NCBI GenBank assembly: GCA_004020645.1
Contig: SAQL01000025.1
Span: 45,274 to 85,273 of the forward strand
Direction of reading: 5' to 3'
DNA length: 40,000 bases
Source of the DNA: Mesorhizobium sp.
Lineage (GTDB): Bacteria; Pseudomonadota; Alphaproteobacteria; Rhizobiales; Rhizobiaceae
Numbering within the stretch: position 1 is the first letter of the stretch; each line of letters opens with the position of its first letter. Shown here piece after piece: positions 7,437-17,500 of this stretch. The position numbers and the translations under genes were made by a program. The notes under the pieces are model-generated. The model made no database searches, was not told where the DNA came from, and saw only the letters and a list, made by a program, of their open reading frames with translations.

Positions 7437-9915
7437 ACTGGACGGCCATGACGCCTTCAAGGCCTTGGCCAGGCTGCTCGAGTGCGCCGACGATGGGACG
7501 GCGTGGCGGGCAAAGTCGCCCTCTGTCGAGCGCCTGCGCATTGCGCTGACCGAACTGCCACAGCATGCCAGTGCCCTCGATCTGGCGGTGTTGTTGCGCC
7601 AAGCCATAAACCATGAGCGCACCCGGCGCGGCACGGCGGTGCCCGTCATCCCGGTATCGCATGCGCGCTTTTCCGATTTCCGGCACTGGAACAAGGTTGG
7701 GCTGAGAATGACGATCGCCGGGGAGGCCCGGTTGGTTTCTATCGAACCGTGGCACCCGGAGTGGCTGAGCGTAGAGGGCAACGAAGTCGACGCGTTTGCC
7801 GCCTCGGAAACAATACGCCGGGAGTTCAATGCCGCGGGCTGTGAGGGCGACCCGTTTCTGGCGTCAGTGCGGCGCACATCCTATCGCAGCCGGGGCCAGC
7901 GCGCCGCTGTACGTGCGGCGCTCTCCACCCCGGCGGGAGGAAGCCTCGTCGTCGCGCTGCCGACGGGCGAAGGCAAAAGCATGATCTTCCAGCTCATCCA
8001 GACCGTCGGATTCGTCGGCGCCGATCAACAGGAGAATCAGGGCACCACCTTGGTGATCGTGCCGACCGTGGCGCTGGGCGTAAATCACGAGCAGGAGGCG
8101 GTCGAGGTCTGCGGTCTTGCAAAGCCGCTCGCCTTTCAGGGCGGCAACGATGCCCAGAATGCCATCATAGCGGAGCGGATTGCCGCCGGAACCCAGGGAC
8201 TATGCTTCGCATCGCCCGAGGCCGCATGCGGGCGACTGCGCGATCCGCTTCGCCGGGCGGCTGAAGCGGGTTTGTTGCGAGCGCTGGTGATCGACGAGGC
8301 CCATCTGGTCGATCAATGGGGAACAGGATTTCGCACCGAGTTCCAGGAACTGAGCGGGTTGCGGCGCGAACTTCTCGGTGCTGCCCCGTCAGGCCAGGCA
8401 ATGCGCACGATCATGCTCTCGGCGACACTGACGGATTCCTCGCTGGAGACTCTGCGCGCGCTGTTCGGCGCCGAAAGCGATTTCGAAAGTCTGGCCGCGG
8501 TTCAACTGCGCCCCGAGCCCGATTATTGGATCGCGCCCGTCGCAAGCGAGGCAGCGCGGATCGATCAGGTTATGGAAGCTTTGCACCACGCGCCGCGTCC
8601 AGCAGTGCTCTATGTGACCGAGGTTGCCGCTGCAAATGCTTGGCATGCCCGCCTAGCCGCGGCGGGATTTCGGCGCATCAGCAAGTTGCACGGCAAGACG
8701 GCCCGGGCAGAGCGTGAGGAGATCGTTGGCGAATGGCGCGCCGGGGCCATCGACATTGTCGTCGGCACATCGGCATTCGGTCTGGGGATCGACTATGCCT
8801 ATGCACGGAGCATCATCCATGCCTGCATCCCCGAAACACTAGACCGATTTTACCAGGAGGTTGGCCGTGGCGGTCGCGACGGTAGGGCCGCGCTGTCGTT
8901 GATAGTCCCCACCGCGAAGGATTTCACTATAGCGAAGAAAATCAACGCCCAGCAGGTGATCAGCATCGATCGCGGCTTTGAGCGCTGGTCGACCCTGTTC
9001 GCGCGCAAAATCCGCTTTGGTGAGGGGCGCTTCGCCGTGCGCATCGACGGCCGGCCGGGCGCCGGCGAGCGCGATATCGACATGTTCGGGGAAACCAATA
9101 CGGACTGGAATCTGCGCACCGTCGCCTTGATGGCGCGGGCGGGGCTCGTGCGTCTGCTAGGGTCTCCTTATCCCCGCATCGCGGAGGAGGGCGACTGGCT
9201 TGAGGTCGAGATCATCGACGACCACCATCTCGACAAGGCGGTGTGGCTAAAGCGAGTCGAACCGGTTCGGCGCATTGGTTGGCTCGCGTCGATCCGCAAT
9301 CTCGATCTTATGCGGAAATTCCTCAGCGATGCGCATTGTCCCGCCTCCATATTGGAGGAACTGTATGGCAAAGTCGGCCGTACATGTAGTCGATGCAGCA
9401 TTTGCCGTTCGGACCCCGACCGCCGTCTCGCTACCCGGCCGGTTGGAGAGCCACGCGCTCCCTGGATCAAGCCACTCGATCCTTTGCTCGCGGACCTGTT
9501 CGACAAGGATTTGCGCCTACTCGTCACCTATGATCCCAACACTCTCCCGCGCACGGCTTCGCGCCGCCTGGGGGAAACCTTCCTTCGGCTGCAACAGGCG
9601 CGCCTTGCCAAGCTCATTCAAATGGGGGCACAGCCCTTCGACATGACAAGGGTCCTCAAATTCGCGGAGAAATCGGCGTTTTTTGTCAGCGACCTCAATT
9701 CGCTGGCGCTGTCGCGCCTCCCCAAGGGGCCCGAACTGGTCCTGGTGGGCGCCGGACAGACCCTCGAAACGCAAAATCTAAATCCGCGTCAAGATAATCC
9801 ACGCATCTTCATCGCCTCCCAGGAACAGTTGGCGCCGGACGGCCGGCGGCTCCGCGACGTCTTTGGTGGACGCGTGCTGACGCTCGATGAATTTAATGCA
9901 AGAGTAGCCCAATGA
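7378..9915 (+). CDS. dpdF: RecQ-like DEAH helicase, DpdF-like
   Basis: Motifs: ALPTGEGKS (I), LVIDEAHLVDQWG (II), MLSATL (III), YQEVGRGGRDG (VI). There is a Cys cluster, CPASILEELYGKVGRTCSRCSIC. ATG 7378 overlaps the dpdE end; TTG 7429 is an alternative start. Confidence 0.75.
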   Translation: MRWAALSWALKQQERISLVELDGHDAFKALARLLECADDGTAWRAKSPSVERLRIALTELPQHASALDLAVLLRQAINHERTRRGTAVPVIPVSHARFSDFRHWNKVGLRMTIAGEARLVSIEPWHPEWLSVEGNEVDAFAASETIRREFNAAGCEGDPFLASVRRTSYRSRGQRAAVRAALSTPAGGSLVVALPTGEGKSMIFQLIQTVGFVGADQQENQGTTLVIVPTVALGVNHEQEAVEVCGLAKPLAFQGGNDAQNAIIAERIAAGTQGLCFASPEAACGRLRDPLRRAAEAGLLRALVIDEAHLVDQWGTGFRTEFQELSGLRRELLGAAPSGQAMRTIMLSATLTDSSLETLRALFGAESDFESLAAVQLRPEPDYWIAPVASEAARIDQVMEALHHAPRPAVLYVTEVAAANAWHARLAAAGFRRISKLHGKTARAEREEIVGEWRAGAIDIVVGTSAFGLGIDYAYARSIIHACIPETLDRFYQEVGRGGRDGRAALSLIVPTAKDFTIAKKINAQQVISIDRGFERWSTLFARKIRFGEGRFAVRIDGRPGAGERDIDMFGETNTDWNLRTVALMARAGLVRLLGSPYPRIAEEGDWLEVEIIDDHHLDKAVWLKRVEPVRRIGWLASIRNLDLMRKFLSDAHCPASILEELYGKVGRTCSRCSICRSDPDRRLATRPVGEPRAPWIKPLDPLLADLFDKDLRLLVTYDPNTLPRTASRRLGETFLRLQQARLAKLIQMGAQPFDMTRVLKFAEKSAFFVSDLNSLALSRLPKGPELVLVGAGQTLETQNLNPRQDNPRIFIASQEQLAPDGRRLRDVFGGRVLTLDEFNARVAQ

Positions 9916-10820
9916 GTATTGTCACCACCGCACAGGCTGTCCCAAGTCGACTGTTCGCTATCTATGCGTCTCTTTTCGAGAGTGACGCTGGCGAGATCAA
10001 GGATCGAATCGAAGCCTGGGCGACGCCGCCGTCCCTGAGCGGTCGGGGGGCTGATGACGACGGCGAGTCCACCACGACCCTGTTCAGCAATACGCTGCTG
10101 GAGGCCCGGCGTCTCGGATTGGTCGAAGACATGGATGACAAGCTGCGCTTGACGGCGGACGCGCGTGGTGGCGGGAAGAGGGGCAGCGATAGTGAAGTCT
10201 ACTTTCTCGATTATATGTACCGCACCCTGTTCGATCCTGCGCGCGCAATCGAGACAAAGCATGCCGGCTTCATGATCGCGCTGGCCTGGTTCCTCAGTTC
10301 CAATCCGCTGCACCCGATGAATTTTTCCGTCCCGCCTCAGCGGACTTTGCAAGCCGAAATTGGCGAACATGCGTCGAAAACCGAAGTCACCTCGCTCAAC
10401 ACATATCAAAATTTTCTCTACTGGGCGCGCTATCTAGGTTTCGCGACAATCGTCGGCGGCCGTGATGCCGACGACCAAAATGCGCGCCGCGTCATCCCCG
10501 ATCCGGTTCGGGCGATCGAGGGCGCACTCCCTGCAATTTTTGCGGAAAGCAATGAACTGCCTATAGAGCAATTCCTGACGCGTCTCTCTGGCATCTTCCC
10601 GGTATTCGAGACGGGAAGCGTGCGCGAAGACTATGAGGCGATGCGCCGGATTCCCGTTCCCGATCGCGGGCAGCGCCTGTCGGTTACGACGAGCGTCGCC
10701 CTCCAGCGGTTGGCGGACCGGCAGCGGATCGTTCTCGCCAGCGTGGCGGACGCTCCCGCGCGGATCCTTGATTTCGGGATGCGTGAGGGCGGGGTGAGCC
10801 ATGTCGCGCTGAGGACCTAA
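9912..10820 (+). CDS. dpdG: Hypothetical protein in the DpdG position
   Basis: ATGA overlap with the dpdF stop (9912-9915). No motif recognised. The name is assigned only by synteny between the two helicases and the P-loop protein. Confidence 0.5.
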   Translation: MSIVTTAQAVPSRLFAIYASLFESDAGEIKDRIEAWATPPSLSGRGADDDGESTTTLFSNTLLEARRLGLVEDMDDKLRLTADARGGGKRGSDSEVYFLDYMYRTLFDPARAIETKHAGFMIALAWFLSSNPLHPMNFSVPPQRTLQAEIGEHASKTEVTSLNTYQNFLYWARYLGFATIVGGRDADDQNARRVIPDPVRAIEGALPAIFAESNELPIEQFLTRLSGIFPVFETGSVREDYEAMRRIPVPDRGQRLSVTTSVALQRLADRQRIVLASVADAPARILDFGMREGGVSHVALRT

Positions 10821-10825
10821 GCACG

Positions 10826-13800
10826 ATGAAAAACTATCTATGCTGGGAGCCCGGTGCCGTTCGTCAGGTCATAAACCCCTTTGCCGAACACATCAGCGAC
10901 GGCCTGTTCCGGGCCGTACACAGCGACTGGGATCTTAAGGTTAGCCCGCAGGTGGGCAAACGCTTTCAAGACATCGGCGAGGCAAATTGGGTGGACATGA
11001 CGCCCGCCGCTTTTCTGGGCGATTTCCTGCTCGAAAATCGTCCCCACGCCCTGGCCGCGATCCTTGGCACGACGGGTTCGGGAAAATCGCATCTGGTCCA
11101 CTGGATGCGGCTCAACATTAAGCCGGACGCCAGCCGTTTAGTGCTTGTCGTGCGAAAGTCGGGCACGAGCCTGCGTGCGATCGTCAAGATGATCATTGCC
11201 GAATTGCCAGATGACCAACAGGCGAGCTTCCTCGAGACCCTGCAGTCTGCCGGCGACGGCACGCAGAGCCGGGACGACCAGAAGCAGCAATTGCTCAACG
11301 ATCTCGCGCAGGTGATCCGTGAGGACAAGTTGGCGCCAGATGCCGACGAGGTCGAACAAGCCCTGATCGGGAGCCTGCCGAACCTGTTTCAGGACCCGCA
11401 TATGCGCAAGGCGCATTTCCTGGGCGACGACACCGTCATTGCAGAGATCGTCGATCATATTTTTGCGCCCTCCAATGCGCAGGACCGGCCTGATCGGCGC
11501 CGCAGCTTTTCGGAAAGCGATCTGCCGCTCGGCGGCATGGACTTTGCCCACGCCTCGAGGCTGGCGCAGGACGCCATCCAGATCATCGAACTTGATCCGC
11601 CGACCTATCTTCCGCTGGCGATCAAAATCATCAATCGCAACCTGGACCGCGCGGTAGCGCGGACGCTCAGCTTTTCCGGCGACCGTGTCGAGGAGCTGAT
11701 GACGCGCTTGCGCACGTATCTCAAATCCCAGGGCAAGGAACTGGTCCTCCTGGTCGAGGAGTTTGCCCGATTGCAGGGCATTGATCGCGCGCTCCTGCAG
11801 GCAATCACCTCGCAAGGGGACGAACGCCAATGCAAGATGCGCACGGCCATTGCTGTTACAACGGGTTTCTTTCAAAGCGTCGCCGAAACGGCCTATATGC
11901 GCACGACCCACATTGTCGACATGGACCGTTCCGCCGGGCGTGCGGACGGCGATACCGTTACACAGGCATCGCTGAGCCAGTTCACGTCGCGCTATCTGAA
12001 CGCCGTCCGCCTAGGTCGCGACGGCATAACTCGATGGAACGCTTCGGCGAACGCCGGCGACAGCCCGCCGTCACGATGTGATACCTGCCCGCACCAAGCG
12101 GAATGCCACCCCATTTTCGGCGCTGTCGATGGATATGGGCTCTACCCCTTTACGCCCCAGGCGCTCTGGAACGCCGCGCTACGCGCCGATCATTCCATGC
12201 CGCGAAGCCTCAATCCGCGAATCTTGCAGAACGATCTTCTAGTCGAAGTGTTGGACAATTTCGGCCCATCGATCGCTACCGGTACTTTCCCCGAGTTCAG
12301 GTTACTCGAAAAGCTTAATGGGATTAAAGCCCTGCCGGCCGTGGCGCAGGCGGACCTCCAGAGCCGTAACCCTCAGAATTTCAAGCGCTGGGCCGCCTTT
12401 CTGGAACTGTATGACGGTAGCGGAACAATCGCCAACCTCGACGAACGGCTGCGTGCAGCGTTCGACGTCCCGGAGATCCCGGGTGCAGGTGACAAAACAA
12501 CTGATCCGGTTGATGAATCGTTCGTCGATAACAAGCCACAGCGGGCCACGGCGAGCCGGGAGGATCTGCTCATCGAGAAGTGGATCGCGGGATCCGGCCT
12601 CGATCAAACCGTCGCCACCAATCTGAGGCTGCTCGTGTTCTCGGCGGTTTCCCATGCGATCGATTGGGACATGCTCGGTCTCGCCAAGACAAGCTTCGTC
12701 GGCAAGACCGGACGCCCGTTCCAGACCGCCAGCATTAGTTTCGAAAACCAAACCACGTTGGCCCGGCAAGATCTGCAGGTAAAGCTGCTCATTCCTGCCG
12801 ACGCGACCACCGCCGCAGCACTCCAGGGAGTGTTGCGCGCGAGCAAGGAACAGTTTCGTTGGGATTTCGAGAATGGCGAAAAGATGCTCGGCGCCTTTCT
12901 CGACTGCGTCGACCTCTGGGCGCGCAGTGTCGAGACCCAGTTGAAATCACTCTGCGCGCCAAGCCCAGATTGGCACCAGGCTGCCGCAGCCATCGAAGTG
13001 CTGTGCGTCGGCGCCGCGATTGGCGGGAAGATCAAGCCCGATGCGACGGTCGCTGACATGATCGACGCCGCATTCAGCACAACTTGGCCCAGTGAGTGCG
13101 CCAGCACGGCTCCTGAGATGCGCGCATTGTACGACAAGATCGCGGGCGCCCGCGATAGGATTGCGAGCATCGCGCACGCCCAGATTGCGAGTATGAAAGG
13201 CGGCAGGGCAGGTCCCATGCTGAATCCCGGCAAGATCGTTGGACCGGTTCGTGATCTCCGTCAGGCCAAATGGCGCCTCCGATTCATCCCGCCTAATGAT
13301 GATCGAAACGAGCCTGCCAAGACCTATCGCGAGGTGAAGGCCATGTTGGGGGCGGCCGCGGACGCGGAGATGGGCGTGCGCCAGGTTTGGCTCAACGCTA
13401 TGGAAGGGGCATTTGGAGAGGCCGCGACTCGTGCCTCCATCTTGTCGACGCTAGACGCAGCGCGAGCGGCTGTTGCCGATGCCGGCATCGGGGCCAACAA
13501 CAGTTCGAAGCAACTCGCCGAAGCACTTGACCGTCTGCGGCTTGTCCAGTTCGACGAGTCGCTGACTGCCGCGCGGACTCTCGCCAAGCAGGAAGACGGC
13601 GTAGCGGCACTTCCCTACTATGGTCGGGGACGGCGGAATGCGGTTGAGGCCGGAACCGCGCTCGTCGCAGCAACACAAGCATTTCTCGATGCGGTCGACC
13701 AGAACCTAGGGACCAATAGCCAAAGCCTTGATGCAAAGCATGCCGCGCTCGACGAGAGTCTCGCCCGTATCGATACATCGCTCGCTGCGATCGAGAACGA

Positions 13801-13849
13801 CCTTCTCGAAATGACGGCGCCGAAGGGGGCGCATGCCGATGCTGCTTGA
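10826..13849 (+). CDS. dpdH: Large P-loop NTPase in the DpdH position
   Basis: 1007 aa. Walker A is GTTGSGKSH and a Walker B-like stretch is ELVLLVEEF. There is a Cys/His cluster, RCDTCPHQAECH. A 5-nt gap follows dpdG. Confidence 0.55.
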   Translation: MKNYLCWEPGAVRQVINPFAEHISDGLFRAVHSDWDLKVSPQVGKRFQDIGEANWVDMTPAAFLGDFLLENRPHALAAILGTTGSGKSHLVHWMRLNIKPDASRLVLVVRKSGTSLRAIVKMIIAELPDDQQASFLETLQSAGDGTQSRDDQKQQLLNDLAQVIREDKLAPDADEVEQALIGSLPNLFQDPHMRKAHFLGDDTVIAEIVDHIFAPSNAQDRPDRRRSFSESDLPLGGMDFAHASRLAQDAIQIIELDPPTYLPLAIKIINRNLDRAVARTLSFSGDRVEELMTRLRTYLKSQGKELVLLVEEFARLQGIDRALLQAITSQGDERQCKMRTAIAVTTGFFQSVAETAYMRTTHIVDMDRSAGRADGDTVTQASLSQFTSRYLNAVRLGRDGITRWNASANAGDSPPSRCDTCPHQAECHPIFGAVDGYGLYPFTPQALWNAALRADHSMPRSLNPRILQNDLLVEVLDNFGPSIATGTFPEFRLLEKLNGIKALPAVAQADLQSRNPQNFKRWAAFLELYDGSGTIANLDERLRAAFDVPEIPGAGDKTTDPVDESFVDNKPQRATASREDLLIEKWIAGSGLDQTVATNLRLLVFSAVSHAIDWDMLGLAKTSFVGKTGRPFQTASISFENQTTLARQDLQVKLLIPADATTAAALQGVLRASKEQFRWDFENGEKMLGAFLDCVDLWARSVETQLKSLCAPSPDWHQAAAAIEVLCVGAAIGGKIKPDATVADMIDAAFSTTWPSECASTAPEMRALYDKIAGARDRIASIAHAQIASMKGGRAGPMLNPGKIVGPVRDLRQAKWRLRFIPPNDDRNEPAKTYREVKAMLGAAADAEMGVRQVWLNAMEGAFGEAATRASILSTLDAARAAVADAGIGANNSSKQLAEALDRLRLVQFDESLTAARTLAKQEDGVAALPYYGRGRRNAVEAGTALVAATQAFLDAVDQNLGTNSQSLDAKHAALDESLARIDTSLAAIENDLLEMTAPKGAHADAA

Positions 13850-14552
13850 GCGTGCGGGCGCGTTGTCCTCCAAGATTGGCAGCTACAATAAGCTCAAGAA
13901 CACGGCTGACGAAGCCGAGCAGTTCCTGACGCGCGCCACCCAGTTTACGACACTTTCGGAGAAAGTGGCCCGTGCTCGCGCGAACCTGGCGAAGCTCGCG
14001 GCGGCGGGCGTCGAAACCGGTTTCGCGGCGAACGACGGTTCGGGTTATGCGGCTAAGGCTCGCACCCTACGCGAAGCCGTGCATGCCAACCCAGCCGCGA
14101 TAAACGACCCACCATTCGACTTGAAGCACGAATTTGCAGACCGAGTGTCAGCTATTGCAGTCGCAGCCGAGAAGGCGTCGCTTGTAGCGTGGCAAACCTA
14201 TGTCGCAAAGCGCGCCGCTTTCGGTGCCGATGATGTGCTGAACGCACTCGGTAAGATCCCACAGTTCCGATTAAGTATAAGTCGCATCAGCCAAATACGA
14301 ACTAATGTCGCCGGGTTCGGTGCGATGCTGCCTGACGATCCCAAGGGAGCTATCTCCAGATTGGACGCGCTGATCGACGAACACGAGGCGGCATGGAAAG
14401 CGCTCGCTGCCGACGATATCCCTTCCAGCGTGGTCGCGTTCATCCGCGCGGCGGCAAGTTCGGAGGCGCTTTTGAGCGCTTTTACGCAAGATGTGCGCAC
14501 ATGGCTCGAGAGTCGCAATCTCCTCGACGCCTTCCGTATCAAATTGCGGTAG
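13833..14552 (+). CDS. dpdI: Hypothetical helical protein in the DpdI position
   Basis: 239 aa, Ala/Lys-rich and helical. It overlaps the dpdH end by 17 nt. The name is by synteny only. Confidence 0.5.
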   Translation: MPMLLERAGALSSKIGSYNKLKNTADEAEQFLTRATQFTTLSEKVARARANLAKLAAAGVETGFAANDGSGYAAKARTLREAVHANPAAINDPPFDLKHEFADRVSAIAVAAEKASLVAWQTYVAKRAAFGADDVLNALGKIPQFRLSISRISQIRTNVAGFGAMLPDDPKGAISRLDALIDEHEAAWKALAADDIPSSVVAFIRAAASSEALLSAFTQDVRTWLESRNLLDAFRIKLR

Positions 14553-14560
14553 CCTCAGCG

Positions 14561-17500
14561 ATGCCCTTATCAGTTCAAGCTCTAGCGGTTCTCGACCGCA
14601 TCGAAGCGATCGAAATGCGTTCTTTGGAATGGGGGTTCACCGACGGCTCCCTCAGTGAGGACGAGGCCTATGCTCTTGGAGACACCGTTGTCGTCGGTGC
14701 GCCTGCGGGCGGGGCCGACGGTCAAGACCTTGTCGAAGAGCTGATCGAAGCAAGGCTGATCTTCGAGATGCCGGACATGGGTGGCGATGTCCGCATCCGC
14801 TCGCGGTTCGCGGAAATGATGCGACTGCTCGCCGCTAACCGGCAGTTGTTTCCCAATCGCCCATGGCAGGGCGCGCCATCGCTGGTCGCAGACTTTCGTG
14901 TCGATCGCCGGCCGCGCCGCTTTCCCCGCCGCGACCGCGCGCCAAATGTCATTCTCCAAGACAATCCAAATATTATCGGCACATCGCCGCTGCGCCGGGA
15001 CCTCTGGCAGTCTCTCACCGCCCGTTCCAGTCTACGCTTCTCCGCGTTTCAGGAGCGCGCCGCTGTGCGTCTTTCGTCCGCGACAGACGACGGCGGCACG
15101 ATCGTCACGGCGGGAACGGGTAGCGGCAAGACGATCGCCTTCTACCTGCCGGGCATGATCCGTATCGGCGAGGCGATCGATGCCAATTACTGGGTGAAGG
15201 CGATCGCGATCTATCCCCGGATCGAACTTCTCAAGGACCAATTCGCGGAAGCCTTCCGGATGGCCCGCGAGATCGACGCTCCGTTGAGAGCGCATGGTCG
15301 TCGCGCTCTCATGATCGGCGCCCTGTTCGGCGCGACGCCGCGCCGCGCCAGTCGGCAGGAACTGAGCGACCGCAACTGGCAACGGCGCGGACAGGATTTT
15401 GTGTGCCCCTGGATGCGCTGCCCGTCCTGTGACGCCGAGCTTTTTTGGCGCGGTAGCGATATCGACTCCGGGACCGAACAGCTCGTTTGTGCCGAGCCGG
15501 GATGCCAGGGCCATGTTAGCGAAGACCAGATCGTCCTGACCCGCGGGCGGCTTCAGCGCCATCCCCCAGACATTCTGTTCACGACGACCGAAATTCTCAA
15601 CCAGCGCCTATCGGACCAATGGATGCGCGGCCTGTTCGGCGTGGGGTTGCCAGCGGGTCGGAAGCCAATGCTCGCGCTGCTCGACGAGGTTCACACCTAT
15701 GCGGGCGCGACCGGGGCGCAGGCCGCACTCACGCTGCGACGCTGGCGTCATTTGCTCGGTGCGCCGATCGGTTGGGTCGGATTGTCGGCCACGCTTGGAG
15801 ATGCTGCCCGTTTCTTTGCGGATTTGACGGGCGCCCATCCCGACCGGGTCGTCGAGATCACGCCGACGGTCGAGGAGTATGCCGAGGAAGGCGCTGAGTA
15901 TCAGATCCTGCTACGCGGTGACCCAGGCTCACGGACCTCGCTCCTTTCGACAACGATCCAGACGGCGATGCTGCTACCTCGCCTACTTGACCCTCCCGGC
16001 GCGACCGACACGTCAGGATCGTTTGGACGGCGTGCCTTTCTGTTCACCGATGATCTCGACGTCACCAACCGGCTCTATGACGATCTACGCGATGCGGAAG
16101 CCTACACTATCTTCGGCAGGCCTGACGCCCAGCGGCTGCCGCTCGCCAATATTCGTCGCGCCGGTCCTGATGCGGCAGTACGTGACGTCGAGGGTCAGCG
16201 CTGGCGGATCTGTGAAGATATCGGTCATCCCCTCGACCGCCGGCTGATCGTCGGGCGGACAACATCGCAGGACGCCGGGGTCAATCAGGCGGCCAATATC
16301 GTCGTTGCGACCGCGGCGCTCGAGGTAGGGTTTAACGACCCCCTCGTGGGCGCGGTCATTCAGCACAAGGCGCCGCGCGGGATGGCGTCCTTTCTGCAGC
16401 GTAAAGGGCGCGCCGGCCGCGGTCGGGCGATGCGACCGATTACGTTGACGGTCCTGTCGGATTATGGCCGGGATCGCGCCTTCTATCAGGCATTCGAGCA
16501 TTTGTTCGACCCGACGCTCGAGCCACAACATCTGCCGATCCGCAATCCCTATGTGCTGAAAATTCAGGCAGTCTTCGCCCTGTTTGATTGGCTCGCCGCT
16601 AACACGGGCGGGTATGAAAAGGCGTGGCAATGGGACATTCTCAGTCGGCCTCATCCTCAGCCATCGTCCGCCGTGCGCGCCGTCATCGATCTCACTCGAA
16701 CCAAGCTCACCCAGTTGGTGCAGGGCGATCCAGCGACAATCGAGAGCCTCCGAATTTATCTCGCTAGCGCCCTGGGTGTGAGCCGCGATGTTGTGGATAC
16801 GCTATTGTGGGAGGCGCCGCGCTCGCTTCTACTCGAAGCGGTCCCAACGCTAGTGAGGCGGCTCTTTCGGAATTGGGAGTTGGCCTTCCCAACGGCGGTC
16901 GGGTCACTCGACCTTCAGGATAATTTCCACCCTCTGCCCGACTTCGTGCCTCGCAGCCTGTTTAGCGATCTCAGCCTGCCCGAGGTTCGGGTAATCATCC
17001 CGCCTGCGAGCGTCAATCATGAGGAGCGGATCGAGGCAATGCCGATCCTACAGGCGCTAAACCAGTTCGTGCCCGGTCGCGTTACTCGACGCTTCGCGCA
17101 CGAGCGGGGCGCACTGTCGCACTGGATACCCGTGGATCCCGCCTTTCCCGAACAGCAACGACGGATCGGCGACTATGCCGAAAGCCATGAATATGTCGGC
17201 ACCTTCAGCGGGAGCCTGAATGATCACACAGGCGGACCACCACTTTTGGTCTTCAGGCCCTGGGCGGTTCGGCTCGAGCGGGCGGCGAGAAGCGATGCGT
17301 TGCCGAGCAGCAATGCTCGTCTCGTGTGGCACTCCGACATCATGGCGAACGGCGATCCGCTCACGATACCTGTTCCGCTCCGCTCAGAATGGCGCCGATA
17401 TGTGCGGACCATCGATTTTCACCTGCACCGTTTCCGCTCAAGCGTCAGCGTGCGGCGGTTCGCGCCCATGGCCCACGCCAATGTCCGCACATTGCAGGAT

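Noticed and set aside
5304-7877. Long minus-strand ORFs (450 aa at 5304-6656 and 405 aa at 6660-7877) antisense to dpdE/dpdF. Similar ones occur at 2681-3619, 11138-11911, 12604-13233, 16085-16654 and 19809-20624, and on the plus strand at 35165-36088.
   Set aside because: These are typical shadow ORFs of high-GC DNA. Their translations are Arg/Pro/Ser/Gly-rich and low in complexity, with no motifs. The opposite strand encodes proteins with clear helicase, NTPase or toxin motifs.
14393-14560. ORF-track start of the 1582-aa ORF at 14393, inside dpdI.
   Set aside because: This 5' extension overlaps dpdI in another frame and translates to Arg-rich junk. ATG 14561, 8 nt after the dpdI stop, begins sensible sequence (MPLSVQALAVLDRIEAIE...).
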